A stretch of 64,000 nt of DNA from Eubacteriales bacterium. GTDB lineage: Bacteria; Bacillota; Clostridia; Oscillospirales; CAG-272. Of the stretch, positions 1-11,564 are shown in pieces. Where the stretch lies: assembly GCA_045594705.1 (NCBI GenBank), contig JAZNZB010000081.1, positions 2,932 to 66,931 on the forward strand, read 5' to 3'. A program made the position numbers and the translations under genes. How positions within the stretch are numbered: the stretch's first letter is position 1; every line of letters starts with the position of its first letter. The notes beneath the pieces are model-generated. The model worked only from the letters and a program-made list of their open reading frames with translations, did not search any database and was not told where the DNA came from.

Positions 1-127
1 TGCCGTTGCCGTATTCCTTCTTGAACGCGGACAAGAGCGCCGCCTCGATCTTTTCGATCATGTACTCCTTGGGGATTCCCTTTTCCTTCTCCAGAAGCTC
101 CAGAGCAGCGAAAAATTCGTTATTCAT
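1..127 (-). CDS. nusA: Transcription termination factor NusA, N-terminal part (runs off the window)
   Basis: Manual translation from the ATG at 127: MNNEFFAALELLEKEKGIPKEYMIEKIEAALLSAFKKEYG, a typical NusA N-terminus, directly downstream of rimP. Confidence 0.93.
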   Translation of the reverse strand, partial: MNNEFFAALELLEKEKGIPKEYMIEKIEAALLSAFKKEYGNG

Positions 128-148
128 TTTGTCGGTTCCTTCCTTTTC

Positions 149-643
149 TCAATTTGCGCCGAAATCGTAAATGGTCTGCAGCTTGGCGATCTTGTCAGCG
201 TCAAACTCCAGCACCTTGTCACCCTGCTCAAGCAGCACGTTGCCCTCCTCGGTCATTCCCAAGAGAATGCCGCGGTGCACCTTTGCGCCATGCAGAGCGG
301 AATAAAGTCTGATCTCTACCGTATCACCCAGACACATTTCCACGTGGTCGCGGTTTTTGAGCTCTCTCTCAATTCCGGGAGAGGAGACCTCTAAGATATA
401 CGCCTGCGTGATGGGATCTGCATCGTCCAGCACCGGGTCAATGGCACGATGGAAACGCTCGCAATCATCAATGGTGATTCCTTCGGGGTGGTCGATGGTG
501 ATGCGCAGATAGTAGTCCGCACCTTCCTTGACAAACTCCACGTCCCAGAGAATATATTCCAGCTCGTCGGCCGTGGGAAGCACGATCTCCCAAACTTTTT
601 GCGCAATACTGCCCTGACGCTTTGCGCCTTGTGCTGTACTCAT
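149..643 (-). CDS. rimP: Ribosome maturation factor RimP
   Basis: DVEFVKEG..LRITID...ITIDDCE and YILEVSSPGIEREL motifs; upstream of nusA. Confidence 0.96.
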   Translation of the reverse strand: MSTAQGAKRQGSIAQKVWEIVLPTADELEYILWDVEFVKEGADYYLRITIDHPEGITIDDCERFHRAIDPVLDDADPITQAYILEVSSPGIERELKNRDHVEMCLGDTVEIRLYSALHGAKVHRGILLGMTEEGNVLLEQGDKVLEFDADKIAKLQTIYDFGAN

Positions 644-693
644 GCTTTGTATCCTTTCCGTGAAAACTTTTCAGGTAATTCAAGATAAAATTT

Positions 694-722
694 TTGGAGT
701 GGATTTGCTCAACCCACTCCAA
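694..722 (-). promoter_or_regulatory. rimP leader hairpin (GGAGTGGG...TCCACTCC), probable NusA-dependent attenuator
   Basis: Minus-strand stem TTGGAGTGGGTT-GAGCA-AATCCACTCCAA with a poor U-tract, between the promoter and the rimP start; resembles the Firmicute rimP (ylxS) leader. Confidence 0.65.
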
Positions 723-742
723 CATGCTATCTTACCATTAGC

Positions 743-771
743 ATTATAACACAAGTTTTTGCTGTTTGCAA
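743..771 (-). promoter_or_regulatory. SigA promoter for rimP-nusA
   Basis: TTGCAA-17 bp-TATAAT on the minus strand. Confidence 0.7.
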
Positions 772-886
772 TACCTTATGCAAATATTTTTTGAATTTTT
801 TGAAAAAATTTTTCCGAAAACCTGTGCGCAGTCCATATATTTTTTGGAAAATTCTTGACAAATTCCCGTTTTTGTTCGGTTTCTTG

Positions 887-915
887 TTTACAAACACAAA
901 AATATATGTTATACT
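887..915 (+). promoter_or_regulatory. SigA promoter for the yybS-gdpP-rplI-dnaB operon
   Basis: TTTACA-17 bp-TATACT with an extended TG. Confidence 0.6.
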
Positions 916-972
916 ATTATAATGGTATGATTGTGCCCCTATGTATTTTTGCGGGCACGGAAAGGAGAAGAC

Positions 973-2223
973 ATGGACGCTTCCAATCCCACCACCCCCG
1001 AAATTCAGCGCAAGCCTATATCCGTCAAGGCACAAATATTTTGTACGGCAGTCTTTCTTGCCTGCCAGATCGCGCTTCCCGCACTCCTTTACTATATCAG
1101 TCGCATAGATCCCCAGACCGGTGTGGGAGCCAACATCCCATCTGCCATCGCACTGGGCACGATGGCACTTTGCATCGCGTTCGTTCTGACTCTTTGCAAA
1201 AAACCGCTCTTCCTCTCCTGCTGCGTGCTGGGACTTTTCGCATCCTTTCTGGTCAATCCCTGGTTCTGCGCCCTGTTTGCCGCGTTGCTTTGCGCAACCG
1301 TGGCAGGTGCTGCCCTGCTGGCCGATGCAAAGGGAGCGCAATACCTGCCCTTTATCATCACCGCTCCGGCCGCATTCGGCCTCTCCCTGCTTTTGACCAA
1401 AAGCCTGTTTATCTCTCTGCTTGCATTGCTCCCTGCACTGGGCGCAATCGCACTTGCAGTCAGCTTCAGACGTAAAATATCCATCATCGTTTCTGTAGGC
1501 GCAGTGACAGGCACGCTGACCGTCGCCATTCTGCTGCTGATCCTGGCGGAGCTGCTGGCCGCGGGCATGCCCTTCTCTGTGCAAGGACTGACCGACGCTG
1601 TCAAGGAGCTTCACACAGCACTCTCCTCCATGTTCGCACAAGCGCTGCAGCTGATGTCCGAGACCGAGGAGCTTGCAATCGCCGTGGAGCAAATGCTCGG
1701 AGGAACGCTGGACGCCCAAGCCATTGCCAAATTTTCCGACTCGGTCGCCTACGCCCTGTTGGGACTCCTACCCGGCAGCACCATCATGGTGCTCTGGCTC
1801 TTCTCCTTCGTGGCGCACCGTGGCTTTACCGCCATTCTGATCTCGGGCCAGCCCCGGGAGGTCTGCCCCGCACATCTGAGCCAATACGCACCGTCCATTC
1901 CCACCGCCGTGCTGATGCTGCTTTGCTACGGACTTCTGCTGATCACATCCATGATCCCCCGCGCTGAGGCGGTGACCTTTGTTGCGATCAACCTCTTGCT
2001 TGTGCTGATGCCCATCCTGGCAGTCAGCGGCATTGCGGGAATCGTGACCAACGTCAAACGCGCCCCTGTCAAGTGGCCGCTGATCCTGACCTACGTGATC
2101 GCATTCATGTTCTTAGGTCTTGCCATCGTACCCATGCTCTCCTTCTTCGGTGCATTCGGCGTGATCTTTCAGGCCATCACCAAGGCTCTTGAGAAAAAAA
2201 TGAAGGACTTTAAGGGAGAATAA
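973..2223 (+). CDS. Polytopic membrane protein, YybS/DUF2232-like
   Basis: Many hydrophobic segments; conserved position before gdpP-rplI-dnaB; RBS AAGGAG before the ATG at 973. Confidence 0.7.
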   Translation: MDASNPTTPEIQRKPISVKAQIFCTAVFLACQIALPALLYYISRIDPQTGVGANIPSAIALGTMALCIAFVLTLCKKPLFLSCCVLGLFASFLVNPWFCALFAALLCATVAGAALLADAKGAQYLPFIITAPAAFGLSLLLTKSLFISLLALLPALGAIALAVSFRRKISIIVSVGAVTGTLTVAILLLILAELLAAGMPFSVQGLTDAVKELHTALSSMFAQALQLMSETEELAIAVEQMLGGTLDAQAIAKFSDSVAYALLGLLPGSTIMVLWLFSFVAHRGFTAILISGQPREVCPAHLSQYAPSIPTAVLMLLCYGLLLITSMIPRAEAVTFVAINLLLVLMPILAVSGIAGIVTNVKRAPVKWPLILTYVIAFMFLGLAIVPMLSFFGAFGVIFQAITKALEKKMKDFKGE

Positions 2224-2306
2224 ATCAACTCCCCGCATTTCCTTTCTTTGAATCGCTATTTCACGAAATCTATTCGAGCCGCCGCTTGGGCGGCATGGAG
2301 GTTAAG

Positions 2307-4472
2307 ATGAAAAATCGTTCCGACAACCATAAAAACGGGCATTATACCGGGAAAAAGGACTCCCTGTATATGGATTTGCGCGTGCCGTTTGCGGTATGCG
2401 TTGCCACGGGCTTCGTTCTGATCAGCGCATGCGCCATCATCGGATATCTGAACCCCGCCGTCATCAGAATCGGTTGGTTCGGCTTCGGAGCTGCACTGAT
2501 ATTTACTCTGACCTGCGCCATCGTGTTCCTGATCTACCTGCTCCGTTACCTGCGCTTGCGCGAGGCCGTGCAGGAGGCGGACAAGATCAACACCGACGTT
2601 TACGATATGTTCCGCTACGTCATTGACGTACCCTATGCAGTCATCGGACGCGACGGCGTAGTCAAGATCATCAACAGTGCATTGCAGGACGTGCTGGGCT
2701 ATCATTCCCCCGTCTGCAATATCCGACTGAGCGAATTCTGCGCAGTGCCCATCGACATCGTTGCCGTTTCTGCACACGGCGCAAAATCCAGCGCACACGA
2801 ATCCGATCTTTTGCCCGAGGGCCCCATCACACGTCTGGGCGACGGCAAAAGATACGAGCTGCAGAGCTATCCCATGATGATAGACGGCGAGGAATACTTC
2901 TTCACCGTATTCCGTGACGTCAACAGTCTTTTGGAGATCAAGGAAAAGGCTGACCGCGAGAACCCCGTGGTTGCCTACATTGCCATTGACAACCTGCAGG
3001 AGCTGACCCAGTTCGTACGTGCAAATTACCGCGAGACCTCGACCCGCATCGACCAGATCATGCTGGAATGGGTAGAGAGCCTGAACGGCATGATCCGCGA
3101 ATACGACCGAGACAAATATCTGGCCATCTTCTCTGAAGAGATGCTGGAAAAATGCATTGCCGACCGCTTTGATATCCTCAACACGGTCATGGATGCCAAG
3201 GTTGGCGATAATACCTTCCCGCTGACAATTTCCATGGGCATTGCCGCCATCAAGGGAACCATGGAGGACAAGGACCGCGCCGCTTACGCTGCACTGGAGG
3301 TAGCTCTGTCTCGCGGCGGTAACCAGGTTGCGCTCCGCCGCGACGCGGGCGGAAGCCTGCAATACTTCGGCGGCACGCACAAGATCCTGGAGAGCAACTC
3401 TTCAATCAATTCCCGCGTCATTTCGGGCGTGCTGGCAACCAATATCCGCCAAGCAGGCAACGTGCTGATCATGGGTCATGCCAACCCCGACTTTGACTCG
3501 ATCGGTGCTTGCGTGGGTGCGGCCAGATTCGTGATGAACGTGCTTGCTGCCAAGGCGGCCGAGCAAAAATCGGACACCTCCATTCTGCCCGAGGTCCATG
3601 TTGTCATAGACCGCAAATGCGAAAACTTCCGTACCTGCTACCAACACCTGGCGGATCTGGACGAATATAAGGAAATGTTCATTGACCGTGAGGCAGGCAT
3701 GAACGCCGTGACCTCGGATACGCTTCTGATCATTGTGGACGCCAACAACCGCTTTATCTTTGAAGCACCCGATCTGCCGGGCAGTGTTTCCAACATCGCA
3801 CTGATCGACCATCACAGATTGGTCAAGGAGCCCGACTTCCCCACCTTCGTCACCTATATCGAGCCCACCAAGTCCTCTGCCAGCGAAATGATCGCAGAGA
3901 TCATGCAGCAGAGCGATTATGCGGACGGTATGCAAAAGGGCGAGGCAAACCTGTTGCTCTCCGGCATCATGCTCGATACGCATAACTTTACCCGTAACGC
4001 GGGCGCACAGACCTTTGAGATCACGCATTTTTTGTACTCCAAGGGCGCGCACACAAGCGTGGTACGCGAATTCTTCAACCAGGATCTTGAGGACATGCGC
4101 ATCGCAAGCGCGTTTGACTCCAAGGCGCACATTTATCGCGACGTGGTAGCCATTACGCAGCTGGCAACCGAAAAGGAGCCCACCCCCGAGGACCGTGTGG
4201 CTGCAGCAAAAGCAGCAGACAGTTTGCTTACGCTCAAGGGCATTGAGGCCTCCTTTGCCTTGGTGCTCATGGGAGATACCGTAGTCATCTCCGGCCGCTC
4301 CAAGGGTGAGATCAACGTGCAGCTGATCCTTGAAAAGCTGCAGGGTGGCGGGCACTTTGACGTGGCAGGCGCACAGGTCAAAAATGCAACTCTGGACAGC
4401 GCGTACGATCTGCTGATCGGCGCGATCGACGAATATTTCGAATACGACTACAAAAACGAGGACGATAAATAA
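2307..4472 (+). CDS. gdpP: Cyclic-di-AMP phosphodiesterase GdpP (2 TM, PAS-like, degenerate GGDEF, DHH/DHHA1)
   Basis: [26 protein letters not shown] motifs; SRGGNQ in the degenerate GGDEF; synteny with rplI. Confidence 0.93.
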   Translation: MKNRSDNHKNGHYTGKKDSLYMDLRVPFAVCVATGFVLISACAIIGYLNPAVIRIGWFGFGAALIFTLTCAIVFLIYLLRYLRLREAVQEADKINTDVYDMFRYVIDVPYAVIGRDGVVKIINSALQDVLGYHSPVCNIRLSEFCAVPIDIVAVSAHGAKSSAHESDLLPEGPITRLGDGKRYELQSYPMMIDGEEYFFTVFRDVNSLLEIKEKADRENPVVAYIAIDNLQELTQFVRANYRETSTRIDQIMLEWVESLNGMIREYDRDKYLAIFSEEMLEKCIADRFDILNTVMDAKVGDNTFPLTISMGIAAIKGTMEDKDRAAYAALEVALSRGGNQVALRRDAGGSLQYFGGTHKILESNSSINSRVISGVLATNIRQAGNVLIMGHANPDFDSIGACVGAARFVMNVLAAKAAEQKSDTSILPEVHVVIDRKCENFRTCYQHLADLDEYKEMFIDREAGMNAVTSDTLLIIVDANNRFIFEAPDLPGSVSNIALIDHHRLVKEPDFPTFVTYIEPTKSSASEMIAEIMQQSDYADGMQKGEANLLLSGIMLDTHNFTRNAGAQTFEITHFLYSKGAHTSVVREFFNQDLEDMRIASAFDSKAHIYRDVVAITQLATEKEPTPEDRVAAAKAADSLLTLKGIEASFALVLMGDTVVISGRSKGEINVQLILEKLQGGGHFDVAGAQVKNATLDSAYDLLIGAIDEYFEYDYKNEDDK

Positions 4473-4504
4473 TTCTAATTCCCTTATACAGGAGGTATAT
4501 ACAC

Positions 4505-4948
4505 ATGAAGGTTCTTCTTTTACAGGATGTCAAGGGTCAGGGCAAAAAGGATCAGATCATTGACGTTTCGGACGGTTATGCACGTAACTTCCTCTTCCCC
4601 AAGAAGCTGGCAGTGATTGCGGACAATAAGGCCATGAATGAGGTTAAAAACAAAGAGGCTTCCAAGCAATACAAGATCGAAACCGAAAAGGCCGCTGCCA
4701 AGGAAATTGCGGAAAAGCTTGCAGGGACCGTAGTCAAGATCTCGGTCAACGCCGCTGCCGACGGCCGACTCTACGGCTCAATCACATCCAAGGATCTGGC
4801 TGAGGTACTGGCAAAGCAGTACGGAATCACGGTTGACAAGCGCAAGATCGTCATGCCCGATCCCATCAAGGCTTACGGCACTTACAACTTTGACGTGCGC
4901 CTGTATCCTGAGATCGTAGGCAAGATCAAGGTCACAGTCGGTGCGTAA
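4505..4948 (+). CDS. rplI: 50S ribosomal protein L9
   Basis: [15 protein letters not shown]...[10 protein letters not shown]. Confidence 0.98.
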   Translation: MKVLLLQDVKGQGKKDQIIDVSDGYARNFLFPKKLAVIADNKAMNEVKNKEASKQYKIETEKAAAKEIAEKLAGTVVKISVNAAADGRLYGSITSKDLAEVLAKQYGITVDKRKIVMPDPIKAYGTYNFDVRLYPEIVGKIKVTVGA

Positions 4949-4984
4949 GACCGTAACATTCCCAAAAACCGCAAGGAGGTTTCT

Positions 4985-6322
4985 ATGAGCGAGGAACTTG
5001 TACGCAAGCTACCCTTCTCCCTGATTGCCGAGCAATCCCTGCTCGGCTCGATCCTGATCGACCCCAAGTCGCTCAACGAGATCGCCGACCTGATGACGGC
5101 CGACGACTTTTACCTGGATGAGCACCGCCAGATCTACCTGGCCTTTCAGGATCTCTTTACACAAAACAGTGAAATTGACATCGTCACCCTGATCGATACG
5201 CTGGTATATAAAGGGATTTACGATAAATCGGGCGGTCAGGATTACATCCGCACCCTGGCAGAGGTGGTTCCCAACGCGCTCAATATCAAGGACTACGCAC
5301 GCATCGTCAAGGAAAAGAGCACGCTGCGCCGCCTGATCGAGGTGGCAAACGACATTTCCGAGGCAGCATATTCCGAGCAGGACTCGGTAGCGGGTATTCT
5401 TGAGAGCGCGCAAAACAGCATCTACGCCATCGCACAAGGCCGCGATACCAAAAATTTCAAGCACATCCGCGAGGTCATCGGTGACGTTTACGCGCACCTG
5501 CATGAGCTCAAGGAGAACAAGAACGCCTCGCAGGGCACGTCCACCGGATTTTCGGGACTGGACCGCGTGCTGGCCGGCATGGGCAAGTCCGACCTGATCT
5601 TGGTCGGTGCGCGTCCCGGTATGGGTAAGACGTCCTTCTGCTTGAACATTGCCACCAACGTAGCCTCTCAGACCGGCAAAAAGGTTGCCATCTTCTCGCT
5701 TGAAATGTCGGCAGATCAGTTGGTCAACCGTGTCATTTCCAGTGAAGCTCTGGTGGACAGCTACTCGCTGCGTACAGGCGAGCTGGGACAGGACGACTGG
5801 CGAAAGATCGCGGAGGCAACCTCTCACCTTGCCAAGTGCGACGTGCTGATCGACGACACGTCGGGTCAAACAGTCACGGCCATGAAGGCCAAGCTGCGCC
5901 GCGTGGACAACCTCGGTCTTGTGGTCATCGACTATCTGCAGCTCATGCAATCCGACAGAAAAATCGACAACCGCGTGCAAGAGGTCTCCGAGATCTCCCG
6001 CGCGCTCAAGATCATGGCAAAGGAGCTGATGGTCCCCATCATCTGCTGCGCACAGCTCTCGCGCGGACCCGAAGGCAGAACCGACAAAAAGCCCATGCTT
6101 TCCGACCTGCGTGACTCGGGTGCGATCGAGCAGGACGCGGACGTGGTCATTTTCCTTTACCGCGACGAATACTATAAGGTCGGCGAGGAAGCCCCCGAGG
6201 ATTCCACCGCCGAGGTCATCGTAGCCAAGAACCGTCACGGCTCGACCAACACGGTCAAGATGGGCTGGATCGGACGCTACACCAAGTTCCGCACCATCAC
6301 CGACGATGCAGGACATGGATAA
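4985..6322 (+). CDS. dnaB: Replicative DNA helicase
   Basis: Walker A ARPGMGKT, IDYLQLM, SDLRDSGAIEQDAD, KNRHG. Confidence 0.98.
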   Translation: MSEELVRKLPFSLIAEQSLLGSILIDPKSLNEIADLMTADDFYLDEHRQIYLAFQDLFTQNSEIDIVTLIDTLVYKGIYDKSGGQDYIRTLAEVVPNALNIKDYARIVKEKSTLRRLIEVANDISEAAYSEQDSVAGILESAQNSIYAIAQGRDTKNFKHIREVIGDVYAHLHELKENKNASQGTSTGFSGLDRVLAGMGKSDLILVGARPGMGKTSFCLNIATNVASQTGKKVAIFSLEMSADQLVNRVISSEALVDSYSLRTGELGQDDWRKIAEATSHLAKCDVLIDDTSGQTVTAMKAKLRRVDNLGLVVIDYLQLMQSDRKIDNRVQEVSEISRALKIMAKELMVPIICCAQLSRGPEGRTDKKPMLSDLRDSGAIEQDADVVIFLYRDEYYKVGEEAPEDSTAEVIVAKNRHGSTNTVKMGWIGRYTKFRTITDDAGHG

Positions 6323-7727
6323 ATTTGCCGTGCGTCTCCCGGACGGGTACGCACAAAGCACACCCGTGCTCGTTGCCTTTTCGGGCGGTGCGGATTCCAC
6401 ACTGCTTTTGCACCTTTTGCACGAGCGTGCGCAAACGCACAACGCACCGCTCTTTGCTGTACACGTACATCACGGCATTCGCGGCAAGGAAGCGGACAGA
6501 GACCTGGAGTTTTGCAGACAGGCTTGCAAAGAGCTGCATGTTCCACTGTTTGCGATCAAGGTCAACGTACCCGCGCTTGCAAAAAAATCGGGGCAGAGCC
6601 TTGAAGAAGCCGCAAGACACGCACGCTACCGCCATTTTGCGCGCCTGATGCAACAGCACCATATTCCCCTGCTTGCCACCGCACACCATGCAAACGACAA
6701 TCTGGAAACCGTGCTCTTCCGCATCTGCCGCGGAACCGGCACGCAAGGCTTACGCGGCATTCCCGCGTTCGCTCCCCTACCCGGTACATCCGAGGGCAGC
6801 TCTCTTTGCTTATTCAGACCGCTTTTGCAGCTGACCAAGCAGGAAATTTTAGACGAATGCGGCGCAAGAGGATTGGATTTTGTGACCGATGCCACAAACG
6901 CATGCGACGACTACGCGCGCAACCGCATCCGCAATCGCGTCATCCCCGAGCTGGAGCAATTGTTTGCACACCCCCAGCACGCTGCCCAACGGCTTTGCCG
7001 CGCAGCTGCCGAGGATTGCGATGCGCTGGACGCTGTGGCCGATCAGCTCTATGTCGCGCATGCAAACGACGGTCGTCTGCCTACCGCACTTTTGCGCACG
7101 CAGCCGCCTGCCGTTGCAAAACGCTTGATCCGCCTTTGCTATGCGGACTTTGCACACCAAAGCGGGATCTCTTATGCCATGGCTGAGGCAGTGCACTTGG
7201 ACGCCGTGTGGCAGCAGATCTGCGCGGGCAAGACCGGCAGCATCAGCCTGCCTTGCGATATTTGCGCCGTGATCGATCGCGATTTTCTGCGCATGACAAA
7301 GCACCAAAGGCACGTGCAAAAAATTTCCTATTCCGTTTTGCTGCAAGAGGGATGGACCGAGCTTTGTGACGCAGATGTGACGGTTTGGGCGAATTTTCCC
7401 GAAAATCCTTTGATGGACACGCCTTGTCCTTCAAATGTTTACAATTTATATACAGAACTGCGGGTAAGATTTGATACAATAGTAGGACAGGTCTTTTTGA
7501 GGCCGATCAAAGAAGGTGACGTCATCCTCTCGGGCGGTATGCATAAAAAAATCCGTAAGCTCTATTCGGAACAGGGCATTCCGCTTTCCCTGCGGGCAAA
7601 GCTCCCCTTGCTCTGCGATCATGACGGCGTCATTGCCGTACCCGGCATCTGCTTGCGCGACGGTGCTGCCGCTGCGCAGGATCAAAAAACGCTTGATCTA
7701 CGCATTTATTTGCATAAAACAATTTGA
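6306..7727 (+). CDS. tilS: tRNA(Ile)-lysidine synthetase
   Basis: AFSGGADS PP-loop, HVHHGIRG, ATAHHANDNLET, RNRIR; start could be 6315. Confidence 0.95.
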   Translation: MQDMDKFAVRLPDGYAQSTPVLVAFSGGADSTLLLHLLHERAQTHNAPLFAVHVHHGIRGKEADRDLEFCRQACKELHVPLFAIKVNVPALAKKSGQSLEEAARHARYRHFARLMQQHHIPLLATAHHANDNLETVLFRICRGTGTQGLRGIPAFAPLPGTSEGSSLCLFRPLLQLTKQEILDECGARGLDFVTDATNACDDYARNRIRNRVIPELEQLFAHPQHAAQRLCRAAAEDCDALDAVADQLYVAHANDGRLPTALLRTQPPAVAKRLIRLCYADFAHQSGISYAMAEAVHLDAVWQQICAGKTGSISLPCDICAVIDRDFLRMTKHQRHVQKISYSVLLQEGWTELCDADVTVWANFPENPLMDTPCPSNVYNLYTELRVRFDTIVGQVFLRPIKEGDVILSGGMHKKIRKLYSEQGIPLSLRAKLPLLCDHDGVIAVPGICLRDGAAAAQDQKTLDLRIYLHKTI

Positions 7728-7751
7728 TACTTCAATGAAAAGGGGCATACC

Positions 7752-8300
7752 ATGATAAAGAATGATATCGAAAAAATTCTTATCAGCGAGCAACAGTTGA
7801 GCGACATGATCGACCGACTGGCACTGCAGATCACCAACGATTATAAGGACTCAAAGCGTAAGCTGGTGTTCGTCGTCATCCTCAAGGGCTCGATCCCCTT
7901 TGCAACCGAGCTGATGAAGCGCGTCACACTGCCGCTTGAGATCGAGGTCATGAAGGTCTCGTCCTACGGCGCGGGCACAAAATCCTCGGGGGAGATCCGT
8001 ATCCATACCGATCTGCTCCGCGACGACCTGCCCGATTGCGATCTTTTGATCATCGAGGACATCGTGGACAGCGGCAGAACGTTGCAAAGACTGACTCAGC
8101 TTTTCGCCAACAGACTTGCAGGCAGCGTCAAGACCTGTACCATGCTGGATAAGCCCGATCGACGCGAGGTGGAATTCGTGCCCGATTATTGCGGCACGGT
8201 CATCCCCAACGAATTTGTGGTCGGCTTTGGCCTTGACTACAATGAAAAATACAGAAATCTGCCCTTTGTGGGCGTTCTGAAGCCGGAGATCTACCAGTAA
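7752..8300 (+). CDS. hpt: Hypoxanthine phosphoribosyltransferase
   Basis: IIEDIVDSGRTL, FVVGFGLDY; tilS-hpt-ftsH synteny. Confidence 0.97.
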   Translation: MIKNDIEKILISEQQLSDMIDRLALQITNDYKDSKRKLVFVVILKGSIPFATELMKRVTLPLEIEVMKVSSYGAGTKSSGEIRIHTDLLRDDLPDCDLLIIEDIVDSGRTLQRLTQLFANRLAGSVKTCTMLDKPDRREVEFVPDYCGTVIPNEFVVGFGLDYNEKYRNLPFVGVLKPEIYQ

Positions 8301-8347
8301 AATCCGGCAGCAGCGAATACATAGTACCCAACCAACGGAGGTTTTGA

Positions 8348-10432
8348 ATGAAGAATAATTTCAAGGTGATCCTGTTTTACGTGATCTTTATTGCTGTGAT
8401 CGCGTTCGTCGTCGTGATGCTGTTCACGGGCGGCAACAAACAGACCATCACCGACGTTACCGATTATCAGGACGTCATCAAGGTCTTCGCCGACACCAAG
8501 GATACAGACGGCGACGGCGTTGCAGACACAGGCGTGAAGAGCTGCGTGATCAGCTTCCGCCACAGAACCCTGACCTATACCACACATGAGGATAAGACTT
8601 ACCGCTATGAGATCGCGGATATGGAATACTTCCAGCGTGACCTTAGCCCCATCATCGTCTCGCTTTCCGAGCAGGGACTGATCGAAGAGGTGGTCAACGA
8701 GCCGGTGATCACACTGCCCGGCTGGGTCTCCTATCTCCCCTTCCTTCTGATCATCGTGGTCTTTATCGTCTTCTATTTTATCGCCATGAAGCGCGCCAAC
8801 AACGAGGGCAACAAGATCAACAACTTTGGCAAAGCACGCGTCAAAACGCCTGTGCCCGATGATAAGAACAAGATCCGCTTCAAGGACGTAGCAGGCGCAG
8901 ACGAGGAAAAGCAGGAGCTGCAGGAGATCGTGGAATTCCTCAAAGCCCCCGGCAAATTCTCCAGACTCGGCGCAAAAATTCCCCATGGCGTTCTGCTCAT
9001 GGGCCCTCCCGGTACGGGTAAAACACTGCTTGCAAAGGCAGTTGCAGGTGAAGCCGGCGTTCCCTTCTTCTCGATCTCGGGCTCCGATTTCGTGGAAATG
9101 TACGTCGGTGTGGGTGCTTCCCGTGTGCGCGACCTGTTTGAAAGCGCGCGTAAAGCCCCCGCATCCATTATCTTTATCGACGAGATCGACGCAGTCGGCC
9201 GTCACAGAGGTGCAGGTCTTGGCGGCGGTCACGACGAGAGAGAGCAAACGCTCAACCAGCTGCTGGTAGAAATGGACGGCTTTGGCTCTCACGAGGGCAT
9301 TATCGTCATCGCAGCCACCAACCGCCCCGATATCCTTGACCCCGCACTGCTCAGACCCGGCCGTTTTGACCGTCAGATCACGGTCAACTACCCCGACATG
9401 AAGGGCAGAGAGGAGATCCTCAAGGTGCATGCCAAGGGCAAGCCGATCGAGGAGACGGTAGACTTTGCCGAGATCTCCAAGCATACCCCCGGCTTTACCG
9501 GTGCCGATCTTGCCAACCTGCTCAACGAGGCTGCACTGCTGGCAGCTCGTAAGAACAAGTCCCTGATCGGTATGGAGGACATTGACGAGGCGTACCTCAA
9601 GGTCGTACTCGGTCCGCAGAAAAAGAGCCATATCCGCACCCCCGAGGACAACAAGCTTTGCGCATATCACGAGGCAGGCCATGCAGTGGTTTCCTACTTC
9701 TGCCCCAAGGCCAACCCCGTATCCTATATTACCATCATTCCCGCAGGCTCTGCAGGCGGTGTGACGCTCACGCCTCCCACCGAGGACAGAATGGGCAGAA
9801 CCAAGGGTCAGATGTTAGACGACGTTGCAGTCGCACTTGGCGGCCGTGCTGCCGAGCAGCTGGTGCTGGAGGATATCTCCACCGGCGCATCCAGCGATAT
9901 CCAGCACGCAACCTCCACCATTCGCAGCATGATTACCCGCTACGGTATGTCCGAGACGCTCGGTACCGTGCTGTACGGCTCGGCACACTCCAGCTCCGAG
10001 GTATTCCTTGGCAGAGACTTCTCTTCCGGCAAGGATTACTCCGAGGAAACGGCTGCTGCCATTGACCGCGAAACCAGACTGATCATGGATGCGCAGTACA
10101 AGCGCGCCATCGAGATCCTTTCCGCGCACATGGATAAGCTGCACTTTATTGCAGAGTATCTTCTGAACCATGAAAACATGGACGGCGACCAGTTCAAGGC
10201 CGCCATGGACGGTTATCCCACGGTGGAAGAGCTTGAGCAAATGCTCGAAGAAAAGAAGCGCAAGAGCCGCGAGGAAAACGAGCAAAAAGAGCAGGCTGAG
10301 CAGGAGCGCGCACGTCGCGAGGCTGAGGAGAAGGCAAATGAGAATCCCTTCCCCTACGCACAGCCCGAGCCCGAAGAAGATAAGAAAAACGACAAAAAGG
10401 ACGACGACAACAGCGGATTTTTCTCGCTGTAA
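8348..10432 (+). CDS. ftsH: ATP-dependent zinc metalloprotease FtsH
   Basis: Two TM segments, [25 protein letters not shown]. Confidence 0.98.
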   Translation: MKNNFKVILFYVIFIAVIAFVVVMLFTGGNKQTITDVTDYQDVIKVFADTKDTDGDGVADTGVKSCVISFRHRTLTYTTHEDKTYRYEIADMEYFQRDLSPIIVSLSEQGLIEEVVNEPVITLPGWVSYLPFLLIIVVFIVFYFIAMKRANNEGNKINNFGKARVKTPVPDDKNKIRFKDVAGADEEKQELQEIVEFLKAPGKFSRLGAKIPHGVLLMGPPGTGKTLLAKAVAGEAGVPFFSISGSDFVEMYVGVGASRVRDLFESARKAPASIIFIDEIDAVGRHRGAGLGGGHDEREQTLNQLLVEMDGFGSHEGIIVIAATNRPDILDPALLRPGRFDRQITVNYPDMKGREEILKVHAKGKPIEETVDFAEISKHTPGFTGADLANLLNEAALLAARKNKSLIGMEDIDEAYLKVVLGPQKKSHIRTPEDNKLCAYHEAGHAVVSYFCPKANPVSYITIIPAGSAGGVTLTPPTEDRMGRTKGQMLDDVAVALGGRAAEQLVLEDISTGASSDIQHATSTIRSMITRYGMSETLGTVLYGSAHSSSEVFLGRDFSSGKDYSEETAAAIDRETRLIMDAQYKRAIEILSAHMDKLHFIAEYLLNHENMDGDQFKAAMDGYPTVEELEQMLEEKKRKSREENEQKEQAEQERARREAEEKANENPFPYAQPEPEEDKKNDKKDDDNSGFFSL

Positions 10433-10451
10433 GCCGTCATAAGGTCATAAG

Positions 10452-10482
10452 GAAAACCCTCGCGATTTTCGCGAGGGTTTTC
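10452..10482. terminator. Bidirectional intrinsic terminator between ftsH and the convergent gene
   Basis: GAAAACCCTCGCGA-ttt-TCGCGAGGGTTTTC. Confidence 0.8.
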
Positions 10483-10506
10483 TACATTTATTATATACAA
10501 ATCTGA

Positions 10507-11109
10507 TCACGTTTCGCTCTCGTAGAGATACTCATGCACAGGTCCTGCAGGTTTGATCGGTATGAAGCTGAGAATGGGAAAGATCAGGAAGGCAAGCTCG
10601 GACAGGATCACCATACCCGCAATCAGCAGCCACGCACCCCAGGTGGGCACGTATGCCTTGAAAATGCGGAAATGGGAGATGTACAGAAGCACGGCCAGCC
10701 AGACAGAGGCCAGCAACGTCAGCACGGTCAGCACGACTGTTACGAGCGCGACAACACTCACCACGGCGTCGGGCAAAGTAAGCTCGGAAGAGAGCACCAT
10801 AATGACCGCACCGATCACGGCCAGCGTCGCCAGCACGGAAAACACGATCACCGAGACCACACCCTGCTTGAGTAACGATTTTCTGTAAGGATCTTCACGC
10901 TCTGCAGCAGCATCTCCCGCGCGCAGAATTGCCACGGGCGGAAGCAAGAACGCCCACACCCAGGACCAGACCGGACGAAACGCGCCCAATTTATTGCAAA
11001 TACGTGCAAGCCCGATGGCTTGAATGACCGAGGGGATCAGCGCGATCAACGCCATGATAAAGAAAAAGATTGCATAGATCAGCAGGACCATAATACTCAG
11101 ATTAAGCAT
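10507..11109 (-). CDS. Hypothetical integral membrane protein
   Basis: 200-aa ORF with several hydrophobic helices; RBS AAGGAG upstream. Confidence 0.75.
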   Translation of the reverse strand: MLNLSIMVLLIYAIFFFIMALIALIPSVIQAIGLARICNKLGAFRPVWSWVWAFLLPPVAILRAGDAAAEREDPYRKSLLKQGVVSVIVFSVLATLAVIGAVIMVLSSELTLPDAVVSVVALVTVVLTVLTLLASVWLAVLLYISHFRIFKAYVPTWGAWLLIAGMVILSELAFLIFPILSFIPIKPAGPVHEYLYESET

Positions 11110-11249
11110 ATCTTGCTCTCCTTACGTCAAAAGAATTGGATGCTTTATTATAGCATATGCATCATGGTATGTCAAGAGGAAAGAATCTTCACCATGCTTG
11201 CCCCAAGAGTCATCCGCAAACGTGCCCGACACCCCATTCACGTGCCCTT

Positions 11250-11398
11250 GTAGGGACCGGCGTCCCCGACGGTCCGGACTAATCCAAAAATATCATGTAG
11301 GGCCCGCCCCTATAATGCGAACGCGGACCGTCGAGGACGCCGGTCCCTACAAAAAGTTGCTGCGGCAGTAGCGGGCTGTCGAGGACGTCAGCCCCTAC
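11250..11398. repeat. Cluster of GTAG-type REP sequences (inverted doublet plus a third copy)
   Basis: GTAGGGACCGGCGTCCCCGACGGTCCG (11250-11276), inverted copy at 11324-11350, variant at 11372-11398. Confidence 0.8.
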
Positions 11399-11564
11399 CA
11401 ATGGATGCTTCGCGTTTCCTTTACCGATCACAATCAAGCCTAACTGCTGCAGGCGGCGAGCGTATTTAGCTCCTAAAAATTCTCAAAAATCTTCCCTCGG
11501 ACATGTTGCAATATTTGTCTTGTTGTGATATACTAAGAAAAGAAACCTACAGGAGGCACTCTCT

